DNA of 64,000 nucleotides from a bacterium (GTDB lineage Bacteria; Patescibacteriota; Dojkabacteria; SC72): NCBI GenBank assembly GCA_021108295.1, contig JAIORF010000102.1, positions 391,041 to 455,040 of the forward strand, read 5' to 3'. Shown piece by piece: positions 63,417 to 64,000 of this stretch (position 1 is its first letter; each line of letters starts with the position of its first letter). The notes under the pieces were generated by a model. It saw only the letters and a program-made list of their open reading frames with translations, ran no database searches and was not told where the DNA came from. The position numbers and the translations under genes were made by a program.

Positions 63417-64000
63417 ATGAATATTCGAAAGTATATTAACCCCATAAAGAGGAAGGAGAAACGCTATGAAACTATATGTAAGCTACTCGATCTTAAGTCA
63501 ACTGATACCATTTTGAACGTTGGTTGTGGAGAAGGTCTTACATTTGAGGCTTTTAACAAGACAAACCCCATTACAGGAACAGACCTCTTCCCAGAGAGTC
63601 GCATAAACCAAGATAATTTCAAATATATCCAAAGGACAGATGAAACGCTCCCCTATCCTGACAAGTCTTTTGATGTAGTAATATCAATCGGTGTATTGGA
63701 ACACATTCATCCACACGAGTTACTAGTTAAAACATGTGACGAAATTCAGCGAGTAGGAAAGAAATATTTAATTCTAGTACCAAATTATTGGACTATTATT
63801 GAACCACACTACAGTTTTCCCTTCTTCCAGTTACTACCAGAAAAGATTCAACGGTTTTTAAACAGTAAGTTTGGACTACGTCTTGCTAGCGCAGAAGAAG
63901 CGAAAGTCTATGAAGAGATCAATTACTTTAAAACTCGTGATTGGTTAAAATTCTTCCCAAATGCTAGTCACAAAATCTACTGTCATATAGGTCCACTAAT
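63417..64000 (+). CDS. Class I SAM-dependent methyltransferase (Methyltransf_11-like), 3' partial at window edge
   Basis: Motif I ILNVGCGEG and post-I acidic D. The ORF runs to the window end with no stop. Confidence 0.55.
   Translation, partial: MNIRKYINPIKRKEKRYETICKLLDLKSTDTILNVGCGEGLTFEAFNKTNPITGTDLFPESRINQDNFKYIQRTDETLPYPDKSFDVVISIGVLEHIHPHELLVKTCDEIQRVGKKYLILVPNYWTIIEPHYSFPFFQLLPEKIQRFLNSKFGLRLASAEEAKVYEEINYFKTRDWLKFFPNASHKIYCHIGPL

Noticed and set aside
1-64000. Alternative genetic code (UGA recoding, as in some CPR lineages).
   Set aside because: Very long ORFs (2013 aa, 967 aa SecA, many 400-700-aa membrane proteins) are intact under the standard code. Conserved domains end at conventional stops.
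1-64000. CRISPR arrays, rRNA genes, transposases, integrases and phage genes were looked for.
   Set aside because: No direct-repeat/spacer periodicity is evident, and no transposase/integrase-like translations appear in the ORF track. The only RNA gene recognisable by eye is the tRNA-Lys.

Overview
This is an AT-rich (roughly one-third GC) bacterial window. SecA with a C-terminal CPCGSGKKYKKCC zinc finger, RecO, MiaA, an Lnt-like enzyme, an M23 peptidase and SufBC all argue for a bacterium. Long ORFs stay intact under the standard genetic code. The small, tightly packed genes mixed with archaeal-flavoured ones (Elp3, DUF134, family-4 UDG) suggest a small-genome, CPR/Patescibacteria-like lineage, but that is inference only.

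The dominant structure is a co-directional minus-strand block of about 28.6 kb (48635 down to 19985):
- A 2013-aa surface protein with two tandem ~300-aa LamG-like repeats and a C-terminal membrane-anchor module.
- About 20 glycan-biosynthesis genes behind it: a WbpA/B/E/D-like UDP-2,3-diacetamido-glucuronate cassette, a 2-epimerase, many GT4s, a GT2, two paralogous GT-C-like polytopic proteins each paired with a Wzx-like flippase, and an O-acetyltransferase.
- A second minus-strand operon (17807 down to 7992): secA, a Zn-ribbon acidic protein, 2x GT4, an initiating phosphoglycosyl transferase, recO, a 704-aa surface protein sharing the same C-terminal anchor module, tRNA-Lys(CUU) and a NYN-domain protein.

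Other content:
- SufBC, a family-4 UDG, an HI0933-like flavoprotein and a bacterial Elp3 homolog with atypical A+C-rich composition.
- A redox/regulatory island: DUF134, an RG-rich Zn-ribbon protein, nitroreductase, ferredoxin and HIT on one side, a divergent CsoR-like repressor and thioredoxin on the other, with palindromic operator-like sites in between.
- DsbA-like protein, dCMP deaminase, a membrane protein with a bactofilin-like beta-helix, an Lnt-like acyltransferase, DUF3048, miaA and methyltransferases.

I found no CRISPR array, rRNA or obvious mobile element. All family assignments come from motifs read in the provided translations, not from searches.
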